DNA of 64,000 nt, taken from sequence record NC_047713.1; one strand, 5' to 3'. Position 1 is the first letter of the stretch, and every line of letters begins with the position of its first letter. The notes beneath the pieces are model-generated. The model was not told the DNA's origin, made no database searches, and saw only the letters and a program-made list of their open reading frames with translations. Made by a program: the position numbers and the translations under genes. This document shows positions 43,147-52,027 of this stretch, piece after piece.

Positions 43147-44610
43147 ATGTCATCTGACTTGACTATAACCAAAGTTAATGAAGTATATTTAAAAGTAGAT
43201 TGTGACCCTCATATTCAGTATGAGTTGAGAGATGCTTTCTGCTTTGAAGTTCCTGGTGCTAAATTCCATCCGTCATACAGAAAGAAGTTCTGGGATGGAA
43301 ATATTCACCTGTTCTCACCACAGACTAGACAACTATACGTAGGTCTATTGGATAGACTGATTGCCTTCTGTGATCAGTATGGGTATACGTATGCCTTTAA
43401 AGATAATAAGTTCTATGGTCTCCCATATGAGATTAACGAGAACATCTCCCCAGAAGGGGTTACAGACTGGGTGAAGTCTATTACCAGTTATAAACCCCGT
43501 GACTACCAGTTGCATGGTATCTACGCCGCTCTAAGGTCCAATAGGAAGTTGATTGTATCTCCTACTGCATCTGGTAAGTCATTAATGATCTATGCCTTGG
43601 TGGCATACTACACACAGAAACACGAAAATATATTGATTGTTGTTCCTACTACATCTCTAGTGGAACAGATGTATAAGGATTTTGCAGACTACGGGTTTGA
43701 TGTGGGAACGAACTGCCATAAGATATATGCTGGACGAGAGAATACAACAGATAAACAAGTAACTATTACAACCTGGCAGTCTATCTACAAGTTACCTAAG
43801 ACATACTTTCAGAAGTATAGTGTAGTGATTGGGGATGAAGCACACAACTTTAAGTCTAAGTCTCTAGTATCCATTATGAGTAAGTTGTGTGATGCAAAGT
43901 ATAGATATGGGTTCACAGGTACTTTAGACGGGTCACAGACCCATAAGTGGGTGTTAGAGGGGTTGTTTGGTCCTTCATACAATACCATCAGAACAAAAGA
44001 GTTGATGGAGGCAGGTCATGTTGCTAAACTAGACATCAAAGTTCTTCTACTAAAACATGATGAACAAATCTTTCCAAGATTTGAGGATGAAATCCAATAT
44101 CTAATTGGACATGAGAAGAGAAACAAGTTTATCAGTAACTTATCTTTAGATCTAAAAGGTAACACTCTAGTTCTCTTTGCTAGGGTGGAGAAACACGGAG
44201 AGGTCCTCTACAATCTAATAAATAGTAAGGCAGAAGAGGGTAGAAACGTCTTCTTCGTTCATGGTGGTGTTGATGTAGAGTCCAGAGAACAGGTACGAAC
44301 TATTACTGAGAGGGAGAACAATGCTATTATCATTGCCTCTTATGGAGTTTATAGTACGGGTATTAACATTAAAAACCTACACAACGTTATCTTTGCTTCC
44401 CCATCTAAGTCCAGGATCAGGAACCTGCAATCGATTGGTAGGGTACTGAGAAAGGGAACAAATAAAGATAAGGCAATGTTATACGACATTGCTGATGACT
44501 GCACAAAAGGATCAAGAAGAAACTACACACTTAATCATCTTATAGAGAGGATCAAGATTTACAACAATGAAAAGTTCAATTATGACATAGTAAATATCAA
44601 TCTAAGGTAA
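43147..44610 (+). CDS. uvsW: SF2 DNA helicase UvsW
   Basis: PRDYQ, Walker A SPTASGKS, DEAH, GFTGTL, STGINIKNLHNVIFASPSKSRIRNLQSIGRVLR. Confidence 0.96.
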   Translation: MSSDLTITKVNEVYLKVDCDPHIQYELRDAFCFEVPGAKFHPSYRKKFWDGNIHLFSPQTRQLYVGLLDRLIAFCDQYGYTYAFKDNKFYGLPYEINENISPEGVTDWVKSITSYKPRDYQLHGIYAALRSNRKLIVSPTASGKSLMIYALVAYYTQKHENILIVVPTTSLVEQMYKDFADYGFDVGTNCHKIYAGRENTTDKQVTITTWQSIYKLPKTYFQKYSVVIGDEAHNFKSKSLVSIMSKLCDAKYRYGFTGTLDGSQTHKWVLEGLFGPSYNTIRTKELMEAGHVAKLDIKVLLLKHDEQIFPRFEDEIQYLIGHEKRNKFISNLSLDLKGNTLVLFARVEKHGEVLYNLINSKAEEGRNVFFVHGGVDVESREQVRTITERENNAIIIASYGVYSTGINIKNLHNVIFASPSKSRIRNLQSIGRVLRKGTNKDKAMLYDIADDCTKGSRRNYTLNHLIERIKIYNNEKFNYDIVNINLR

Positions 44611-44614
44611 TCTT

Positions 44615-45019
44615 ATGAATGAGGTAAGACTAGCAGCAATCAAATTAGATAGTGGTGAAGAAATTATATGCTATGTCGTAGACGTAGTAGATAGGGGTTT
44701 GAATAAGAACCTTATAATTAAAGATCCACTTAAAGTTGAATATGTAGAAAGTACTAGAAAGAAAGCATATAAATTTACTCCATGGTTTCTACTAACTACA
44801 AGTAGGGAACATGAAATAGACATGAATAAGATCTTTGCTATCACAGGTGTCTATGATGAAGAAGTTAAAAAAGAATACACTAAATCATTTCACTTACAAA
44901 TTGGACCACATAGTTTCAACCATACCAGTGAAACTGGTTATGTTGGATCAGTGAATAGGTTTAGAAAGCTTTTAGAGAAGATCTATAAGGAGGTGCCAAG
45001 TTCTCCTGATGAATGCTAA
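44615..45019 (+). CDS. Small Sm/SH3-like barrel hypothetical protein (134 aa)
   Basis: IKLDSGEEIICYV..., KDPL.V, TPW pattern, shared with three other ORFs in the window. Confidence 0.7.
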   Translation: MNEVRLAAIKLDSGEEIICYVVDVVDRGLNKNLIIKDPLKVEYVESTRKKAYKFTPWFLLTTSREHEIDMNKIFAITGVYDEEVKKEYTKSFHLQIGPHSFNHTSETGYVGSVNRFRKLLEKIYKEVPSSPDEC

Positions 45020-45098
45020 TCGACCCCTTTTCAACTCCACAAGAGTATTATAACGACCACCTGTTCAAATGGCAAGTATGAACCCCAAGGTATTCGTG

Positions 45099-45107
45099 TG
45101 TTATAAT
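45099..45107 (+). promoter_or_regulatory. Extended -10 sigma70-type promoter upstream of gp55
   Basis: TG-T-TATAAT, 30 nt before the ATG. Confidence 0.6.
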
Positions 45108-45137
45108 ATAAACATACTCAGATCCTAAGGAAATGAC

Positions 45138-45614
45138 ATGGCAAAGGCTAAATCAGAACACTACGTAAACAATAAAGAGTTGCTAGCAGCACTCATCGAT
45201 TATCGTGATAGGTTGGATATCGCAAGAAGAAGAGATTTACCTAAACCACGTATCAGTAACTACGTAGGAGAGTGTTTCCTTAAGATTGCCACTCACCTTT
45301 CATACAAACCCAACTTCGTTAACTACATGTTCCGTGAGGACATGATCTCGGATGGTATCGAGAACTGCGTACAATACATTCACAACTTTGACCCTAATAA
45401 GTCCAGAAACCCCTTTGCCTACTTCACTCAGATCATCCACTATGCTTTTCTGCGTAGGATCCAAAGAGAGAAGAGACAACTAGACATCAAGAACAAGATT
45501 GTCGAGAAGACTGGTTTTGAGTCTCTGATGACAAGTGACACTAACTTGACAAACGAGTATAGGAACGACTATAATGCCATCAGGGAAAACATTATTAACA
45601 AACTGAACTCATGA
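45138..45614 (+). CDS. gp55: Late-transcription sigma factor gp55
   Basis: HYVNNKE.L.AL, ECFLKIATHLSYKPNFVNYMFREDMISDGIENC.QYIHNFDP.KS.NPFAYFTQI. Confidence 0.96.
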   Translation: MAKAKSEHYVNNKELLAALIDYRDRLDIARRRDLPKPRISNYVGECFLKIATHLSYKPNFVNYMFREDMISDGIENCVQYIHNFDPNKSRNPFAYFTQIIHYAFLRRIQREKRQLDIKNKIVEKTGFESLMTSDTNLTNEYRNDYNAIRENIINKLNS

Positions 45615-45775
45615 ATCAGTACCCCACATCTTCTGATAATAGAAGGAATGATGCACATCAAGAAGGCAGAACAACTTATATTAGTGAATCTGAATGCAAG
45701 GAATGTGGGTGTGTAGTCAAACTCGTATGGTCCAATAGGTGTCATTTCTGCACCATCAATAAATCAAACTCATAA
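45611..45775 (+). CDS. Micro-ORF with a CxxC...CxxC zinc ribbon (54 aa; not in the ORF track)
   Basis: MNQYPTSSDNRRNDAHQEGRTTYISESECKECGCVVKLVWSNRCHFCTINKSNS. ATGA overlap with the gp55 stop; fills the gap before gp47. Confidence 0.65.
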   Translation: MNQYPTSSDNRRNDAHQEGRTTYISESECKECGCVVKLVWSNRCHFCTINKSNS

Positions 45776-45790
45776 AGGGAACAAACTAGA

Positions 45791-46840
45791 ATGGCATTGA
45801 TCGCAGTTATCACGGATACTCATTATGGGGCGAGAAAAGGTGCTCAGTATCTTCATGATCACTTTGAGAAGTTCTACTCTGAGGTATTCTTCCCCACACT
45901 AAAGGAGAGAGGTGTTAAAACCATTCTCCACATGGGTGACGCCTTTGATAGTAGGAAGTCTATTGGGTTTGAGGTACTCAACTGGGCAAAGAGAGTTGTA
46001 TTCGATCCTATGGCAGAATACGATGTACATATGATTGTGGGAAATCATGATTGTTATTACAAATCTACCAACAGAACTAACTCTCCAGACCTACTACTCA
46101 AAGACTACGACAATATTACAACCTATCATAGACCTACAGAGGTAACTCTAGAGGGTATGAATACACTTTTATTGCCTTGGATTTGTGATGAGAACCGGGA
46201 AGAGTCCCTGAAGATGATCAAGTCTTCCAAGTCTAAGTTTGCTGCTGGTCACTTAGAACTAGATGGGTTTGAGGCATATAGGGGACATACTTACAGAGAT
46301 GGTAAGTTGGACAATGGGGTATTCAATAACTTCGATAAAGTATTCTCTGGACACTTCCATACTCGTTCAGACAACGGAAAGATCTTCTATGTGGGTAACC
46401 CTTATGAGATGTTCTGGAATGATGTAAATGATCCCAGAGGGTTTGTTCTACTGGATACTGAAACTCTAGAAGTTGAGTATATCAACAATCCACATACCCT
46501 TTTCTCCGTTATCTACTATGAAGATACCAACTATAAACTCTTCAATGCCAAAGAGTATGAAGGTAAGATTGTAAAGGTTATTGTCAGAAAGAATACTGAC
46601 AGGAAACTCTTTGATAAGTTTCTAGACAAACTTATGAAGACCAATATCCTAGACATGAAGATCGTAGAGAACTTCAATATTCAGGAGGGGGAGGACTTCC
46701 AGGTAGAAGATATCGAAGAGAACACCCTATCAATTCTCAACCGATATGTAGATGAAGCAGACTATGAAGATAGTTCTATTCAGAAAGATGATATTAAGAA
46801 TCTTATCTCTCAAATCTACCGAGAGGCATGTGAGGTATGA
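45791..46840 (+). CDS. gp47: Recombination endonuclease subunit gp47 (Mre11/SbcD-like)
   Basis: Metallophosphoesterase motifs TDTHYG, HMGDAFD, VGNHD, GHLE, SGHFH. Confidence 0.95.
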   Translation: MALIAVITDTHYGARKGAQYLHDHFEKFYSEVFFPTLKERGVKTILHMGDAFDSRKSIGFEVLNWAKRVVFDPMAEYDVHMIVGNHDCYYKSTNRTNSPDLLLKDYDNITTYHRPTEVTLEGMNTLLLPWICDENREESLKMIKSSKSKFAAGHLELDGFEAYRGHTYRDGKLDNGVFNNFDKVFSGHFHTRSDNGKIFYVGNPYEMFWNDVNDPRGFVLLDTETLEVEYINNPHTLFSVIYYEDTNYKLFNAKEYEGKIVKVIVRKNTDRKLFDKFLDKLMKTNILDMKIVENFNIQEGEDFQVEDIEENTLSILNRYVDEADYEDSSIQKDDIKNLISQIYREACEV

Positions 46841-47130
46841 GAGACGCATGTTATATCATTACTGCATCAGAAGCAAAGGGTATGGATGTATACACCATCA
46901 AATCTGAGGGTGTGAAGAATGTTCTAATCTTTGAGAAAGGTGAAGACGCTGAGAGGTATGTTATAATGTTGAATGAAGATGAAGGATACATTGTGGGTGA
47001 AACACTAGAACTGGAAGTTTTTGAGGTTCCACTATCTGCCGTGGTAGAATCCCTGAACGAGAAAGGCTATAGTTACATCTATGTTAAACCCGATGACCTG
47101 TTTATTCCACCTGATGCCAAGAAAGTTTAA
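46837..47130 (+). CDS. Hypothetical protein, DUF3110-like (97 aa)
   Basis: VLIFEK.EDAERY..ML.ED motif recalled from cyanobacterial DUF3110 proteins; located between gp47 and gp46. Confidence 0.6.
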   Translation: MRDACYIITASEAKGMDVYTIKSEGVKNVLIFEKGEDAERYVIMLNEDEGYIVGETLELEVFEVPLSAVVESLNEKGYSYIYVKPDDLFIPPDAKKV

Positions 47131-47132
47131 TT

Positions 47133-48860
47133 ATGTTGTTGTTTAAGAAACTAAGATGGCAGAACTTCCTATCCACTGGAGACAAGGGTATTGAAGTTGA
47201 TTTCCTAATGAACAATACCAATCTTATCATTGGTAGTAATGGTGCTGGTAAGAGTACCCTTTTGGATGCTCTTACCTTTGTTCTATTCAATAAGCCATTC
47301 AGGAAGATCACCAAACCTCAACTAGTTAATAGTATCACTGAGAAGAGGTGTGTAGTTGAGATTGAGTTTGAAACAAACAATAAGAGTTACTTGGTTCGCC
47401 GTGGAATCAAACCTAATGTATTTGATATCGTAGTAGATGGGAAACTATTAGACAAGCGTGGTGATGACAGGGATAACCAGAAACTATTAGAAGAGAATAT
47501 TCTTAAGGTTAATTATAAATCATTCACTCAGGTGATTATCCTTGGGGCATCTACCTTCGTCCCCTTTATGCAACTCACTGCCTCCAATCGTAGAGATGTG
47601 ATTGAGGATCTACTAGACATCCGTGTATTTAGTCAGATGTCAGGTATCGTCAAGGATCGTATCAGGCAACTCCGTGAAGATATCAAGATTCTAGATCTCA
47701 AGAGGGGATCTCTTAGAGATAAGTCTGAGATGCAGAAGAACTTTATCAATGAGATTACTAAGAAGGGTGAGAGTAATATTGAATCCAAAGGAGAGAAGAT
47801 CAAGACTCTATTATTTGAGAAGCAAACTCTAGAAACCGAGAATATCACAACTCTAACTAAACTGAAAGAACTTCAGGATGAGTTGGAGGGACTAGAGGAT
47901 GCTTCTGATAAACTACGTAAGTTGGGTAGTCTAAGGGGTAAGATTTCCCAGAAGATTACTACACTCACTAAGGAACACAAGTTCTTCAAAGACAATGCTT
48001 CCTGTCCTACCTGTACTCAGGATATTGATGAAGAGTTTCGTAGTGTCAGACTAAGTGAGTTGGGTGACAAAGCAAAGGAGATGAACAAAGGGTTTAAAGA
48101 ACTAGAAGATACTATTGAACGAGAAGAGAACCGAGAGAATGAGTTTAAGAGTATCTCCAAACAGATTCTAGAACTCAACACCCAGGTAAGTACCAATAAT
48201 ACAAAGAACACCAGTATCAGTATGAATATTGGTGATCTCGAAAGTGAGATTGGATCTATCAGGCACTCCATTGATAACCAAACAGAGGAGAAAGAGAAAC
48301 TAGATCGTTTCCAAGATGACCTGAGTCGAGTATTTGATACCCTCTCCACTAGAAACTCTGAGATGGATAACAATAAGTTTGTCTATGAGTTACTGAAAGA
48401 TGGTGGAGTGAAGACTAATATCATCCGCAAGTACATCCCCTTCATCAACAAACAGGTGAATAGGTATCTCCAGATGATGGAGTTCTATATTAACTTCGAG
48501 TTAGATGAAGAGTTTAATGAGACTGTAGTATCACCTATTCATGAGAACTTCTCCTACTCCTCATTCTCTGAGGGTGAGAAGATGAGAATTGACTTGGCAC
48601 TTCTATTCACCTGGAGAGAAGTTGCTAGGGTTAGAAACTCTGTGAATACAAACCTCCTAATTATGGATGAGGTGTTTGATAGTTCTCTTGATGGTTTTGG
48701 AACAGAAGAGTTCCTCAAAATCATCAGATATGTTGTACAAGATGCTAATGTATTCATTATTAGTCACAAACAAGAACTTCACGAACGTTTCGATAGTGTT
48801 CTACGATTTGAAAAAGATCGAGGGTTCTCCAAACTAACTCTAAATAAAACAAACGATTAA
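47133..48860 (+). CDS. gp46: Recombination ATPase subunit gp46 (Rad50/SbcC-like)
   Basis: Walker A GSNGAGKST, coiled coil with a CPTC zinc hook, signature FSEGE, Walker B LIMDEVFD, IISH. Confidence 0.96.
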   Translation: MLLFKKLRWQNFLSTGDKGIEVDFLMNNTNLIIGSNGAGKSTLLDALTFVLFNKPFRKITKPQLVNSITEKRCVVEIEFETNNKSYLVRRGIKPNVFDIVVDGKLLDKRGDDRDNQKLLEENILKVNYKSFTQVIILGASTFVPFMQLTASNRRDVIEDLLDIRVFSQMSGIVKDRIRQLREDIKILDLKRGSLRDKSEMQKNFINEITKKGESNIESKGEKIKTLLFEKQTLETENITTLTKLKELQDELEGLEDASDKLRKLGSLRGKISQKITTLTKEHKFFKDNASCPTCTQDIDEEFRSVRLSELGDKAKEMNKGFKELEDTIEREENRENEFKSISKQILELNTQVSTNNTKNTSISMNIGDLESEIGSIRHSIDNQTEEKEKLDRFQDDLSRVFDTLSTRNSEMDNNKFVYELLKDGGVKTNIIRKYIPFINKQVNRYLQMMEFYINFELDEEFNETVVSPIHENFSYSSFSEGEKMRIDLALLFTWREVARVRNSVNTNLLIMDEVFDSSLDGFGTEEFLKIIRYVVQDANVFIISHKQELHERFDSVLRFEKDRGFSKLTLNKTND

Positions 48861-48865
48861 ATCTT

Positions 48866-48994
48866 ATGAAAAGGTTCTTGTTATTTGGTGCTATATTCGC
48901 ACTAGTTGGTGCTGGACTATCACATGGTCAGTTTCACCTCTACAACTCTTCTGTTCCACATGTTCATGAAAATGGAGTAATTCATTCACACTAA
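48866..48994 (+). CDS. His-rich exported/membrane micro-protein (42 aa; not in the ORF track)
   Basis: MKRFLLFGAIFALVGAGLSHGQFHLYNSSVPHVHENGVIHSH. It fills the gp46-oxygenase gap, with a basic/hydrophobic N-terminus and 6 His. Confidence 0.7.
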   Translation: MKRFLLFGAIFALVGAGLSHGQFHLYNSSVPHVHENGVIHSH

Positions 48995-48998
48995 TATT

Positions 48999-49721
48999 AT
49001 GCAAGGTCTAGATCTAGTTATTGAATACCCAAACGTATTTCCCGATGATCTATGTGATGAGATGATCGAGAGGTTTGAGAGGGATGATAGGAAAAGTAAG
49101 GGACATAACGGCTCCTTTGGACCTGAATTTACAACAGATAAGGTATCAATAGACCTATACTATACAGGACTACCCGAATGGGTTGATATTGATACTAAAT
49201 CATTTGAGTTAATAACACCCTATGTTGCGGAATATGTGAATTTATTGAGTGATAACTTCCACATGAAGGAAACTGCTTTTATAAATGACCAGGGATATCA
49301 GATACAGAGAACTGATCCTGGTGGTTTCTTTAGTTGGCACTGTGACCATACTTCATATCCAATACTAGACCAACGCCTTATCAATACGCAGGGTGGTGAT
49401 TCATATTGTATTCGTGATAGGATAGCTACCTATATCATATACTTAAATGACAGAACTGGACTATCTGATGGAGTTACAGAGTTTGGGTTTGGTGATAACT
49501 TGAAGACAGTCACTGCAGAAAAAGGAAAACTCATCATGTTTCCTGCTAACATTTTATATCCACATAGGGGAACTACCCTGGAAAATGGAGTAAAATACTT
49601 AATGACAGGTTGGGTAGTCCGTGACGCAGTGATGAGATCTGAAATTTCACCACAAGATTATGAAGAAAGGTTTGAGAGATACGAGAGGATGCCCTATCTC
49701 ACTCCAGTGGACAATCGATAA
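48999..49721 (+). CDS. 2OG-Fe(II) oxygenase (prolyl 4-hydroxylase-like)
   Basis: HxD (WHCD), RIATYIIYLND, G.TEF, KGKLIMFP, distal His YPHRG, KYLMTGW. Confidence 0.9.
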   Translation: MQGLDLVIEYPNVFPDDLCDEMIERFERDDRKSKGHNGSFGPEFTTDKVSIDLYYTGLPEWVDIDTKSFELITPYVAEYVNLLSDNFHMKETAFINDQGYQIQRTDPGGFFSWHCDHTSYPILDQRLINTQGGDSYCIRDRIATYIIYLNDRTGLSDGVTEFGFGDNLKTVTAEKGKLIMFPANILYPHRGTTLENGVKYLMTGWVVRDAVMRSEISPQDYEERFERYERMPYLTPVDNR

Positions 49722-49728
49722 ACTGTCC

Positions 49729-49754
49729 ACCCCCACCAGTCATGGGGGTTTTTC
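49729..49754 (+). terminator. Hairpin plus T run after the oxygenase, overlapping the next promoter
   Basis: ACCCCCA-CCAGTCA-TGGGGGT followed by TTTT. An extended -10 TG-C-CATAAT follows at 49757-49765. Confidence 0.6.
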
Positions 49755-49789
49755 TATGCCATAATAGGTTCATACCAAGGGAAACACCT

Positions 49790-51934
49790 ATGATCAACCT
49801 AGAAGTCAAAGGACAACTAGCGAAGCTCCTAGCAACTGAGGATCTTATTGTGGAACACCGCAATGTAGATACTGCGATGTTCAATGTGGATACTCGCGTC
49901 CTGACTCTCCCTAGGTGGGATAAAGCAAGTAATACCGTATTTGATCTTCTAATCTCACATGAGGTTGGCCACGCTCTCTTCACTCCTAATGAAGACTGGA
50001 CTGCTAAGGTATCCTGTCCAAAGATGTTTGTGAATGTAACTGAAGATGCTCGTATTGAGTCTCTGATGAAGCGTAGGTTTGGTGGACTACCCAAGACTTT
50101 CTATAACGGATATAAAGAGTTATACAATGAAGACTTCTTTGGTATTGGTGATGAAGATCCATCTGGTATGCAGATTGCAGATAGGGTAAACCTACACTTC
50201 AAAGTTGGCAACTTTATCAAGATCCCCTTCACTAAAGAGGAACAGGTTGTTGTTGATCAGATTGCTAGTGCAAAGACTTTCAAAGACGCATTAGAATCCG
50301 CTGAAGCGTTATACGCCCTTCATAAAATAGAGAAAGAAGAGAAGGAGAAAGAGGTGGTGGCACCAATATCAGGTGATGATGGTGGCGGTGAATCTGATCA
50401 AGAAGATACAGATGGTGAGGAAGAAACAATCCAAACAGAAACTGATAGTGGGGTTGAGGGTGGAGATAATACTGATGATGAACCAGGAGATTCTGAATCT
50501 AATACAGAAGACACAGTAGATAGTTCTGGTGGTGGAGATCAGAGTGATATAGATGATGACATAGTGAAGACTATGGAGAATGTGGAGGATAAACTAAAAG
50601 ATCTAACCAACCCAAACCTCAGTGGTGAACCAATATATCTTACCCACCCTAAGATTGATTTGGATAAAGTTGTTATTTCCAATGAAACAGTTCACGAACG
50701 CATTGCCAGACACTGGAATATTCGTTTGTCACTACTCAAAACTGAGGATGAATCGAAACTAAAGGAAGTTGAATACTTTATCCATAGGGATTATGGTAGA
50801 CATGAAGAAAGTTTCAGGAAGTTTAGGAAAGATATTCAACCTGAAGTTAACTATATGGTGAAAGAGTTTGAGTGTAAGAAGTCCGCAGATGCATACTCAC
50901 GAGCAACAGTTTCTAAGACTGGTGTTCTGGATTGCACCAAACTACATACTTACAGATACAATGAAGATCTGTTCAGGAAAGTTACCACTCTCCCTGAAGG
51001 TAAGAATCATGGTTTGATATTTGTTCTTGACTGGAGTGGTTCCATGTGTGAGGTTCTTTCCAACACTGTGAAGCAACTCCTATCACTGGTTATGTTCTGT
51101 GATAAAGTTGGTATTCCTTTTGATGTGTATACCTTCACCAATGACTACAACAAATATGATCCATATGCTCCCAGAGAACTTGGGGAGGTGAATACCTTTG
51201 ATCTAGGTGGCAATTTCAATATGGTGAATATTCTAACCAGTAAGGTTAACCGTAAGACTCTAACCAAACAGATGGAGAGAATCTATATGATTGCCGAAAT
51301 GTTTACCTATGGTAACTATGGATGTGTTCCTGATTGTATGTGCCTCTCAGGAACTCCCCTGAATGAAGCTATCCTTACTCTTCACTCAATTCTCCCTAAG
51401 TTTCAGAGTGAAAACAATGTTCAGAAAACACATACTATCATTCTTACTGATGGTGAAGCGGGTGGTTCTAGATGTGTAAAGGAAAATAACCAGGAAGGTG
51501 GACGTGGTAAGTATGTTAGTCGTTTTGTTGGTAACCATACTTACCTCCGTAATAGGAAAACAGGTGTAACTCGTAAGATTGAAACCTTTGGTGTTACTAA
51601 AGACCTATTAGAAGATCTTCGTGAAACCTTCCCCCACAGCACTTTCACCGGGTTTCGTATTCTAGAAATTGGTGGTAGTTGGTTTGTTCGTCAGGCTGTT
51701 GGTTATGATCAACAGAAACTAACAGAATGGAAAAAGAACAAATCAATTTGTTTAGAAAACCAAGGTTATAATAAATACTTTGTTATACAATCAAACAAAC
51801 TCAAGTATGATACTGAGTTTGATGTTGATGAAGGAGCTACAAAGGCGAAGATCAAATCCTCATTCGCCAAGTCCCTTAAAGGGAAGAAGAACAACAAACG
51901 TATCCTAGGTGATTTTATTGGAATGATCGCCTGA
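49790..51934 (+). CDS. HEXXH metallopeptidase-like plus vWA (MIDAS) protein, CobT-like partner of the AAA ATPase
   Basis: Start revised to MINLEVKGQLAKLLATEDL at 49790. HEVGH at 49958-49972, VTEDARIE, a long acidic linker, MIDAS DWSGS at 51029, SGTPL and IILTDGE. Confidence 0.85.
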   Translation: MINLEVKGQLAKLLATEDLIVEHRNVDTAMFNVDTRVLTLPRWDKASNTVFDLLISHEVGHALFTPNEDWTAKVSCPKMFVNVTEDARIESLMKRRFGGLPKTFYNGYKELYNEDFFGIGDEDPSGMQIADRVNLHFKVGNFIKIPFTKEEQVVVDQIASAKTFKDALESAEALYALHKIEKEEKEKEVVAPISGDDGGGESDQEDTDGEEETIQTETDSGVEGGDNTDDEPGDSESNTEDTVDSSGGGDQSDIDDDIVKTMENVEDKLKDLTNPNLSGEPIYLTHPKIDLDKVVISNETVHERIARHWNIRLSLLKTEDESKLKEVEYFIHRDYGRHEESFRKFRKDIQPEVNYMVKEFECKKSADAYSRATVSKTGVLDCTKLHTYRYNEDLFRKVTTLPEGKNHGLIFVLDWSGSMCEVLSNTVKQLLSLVMFCDKVGIPFDVYTFTNDYNKYDPYAPRELGEVNTFDLGGNFNMVNILTSKVNRKTLTKQMERIYMIAEMFTYGNYGCVPDCMCLSGTPLNEAILTLHSILPKFQSENNVQKTHTIILTDGEAGGSRCVKENNQEGGRGKYVSRFVGNHTYLRNRKTGVTRKIETFGVTKDLLEDLRETFPHSTFTGFRILEIGGSWFVRQAVGYDQQKLTEWKKNKSICLENQGYNKYFVIQSNKLKYDTEFDVDEGATKAKIKSSFAKSLKGKKNNKRILGDFIGMIA

Positions 51935-51966
51935 TGTGACACTCCACAAACTGGCACAATGGGGGG

Positions 51967-51994
51967 TTGCAGGAATCCCCTTCCCGTGTATAAT
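51967..51994 (+). promoter_or_regulatory. Sigma70-type promoter (TTGCAG-16-TATAAT) upstream of the AAA ATPase
   Basis: -35-like TTGCAG at 51967-72 and TATAAT at 51989-94, inside a G6...C4 inverted repeat. Confidence 0.6.
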
Positions 51995-52027
51995 AGTTGT
52001 ATACCAAACAAGGAAACCACAAACTCA

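Noticed and set aside
30391-48860. Inteins or introns in terminase, UvsW, gp46 or gp47
   Set aside because: All have ordinary lengths and continuous motif spacing, with no Cys/Ser...His-Asn splice junction patterns seen.
49742-49789. Track starts at 49742 and 51959 for the vWA and AAA genes
   Set aside because: These extensions run through hairpin/promoter elements; the downstream ATGs (49790, 52028) give the expected N-termini.
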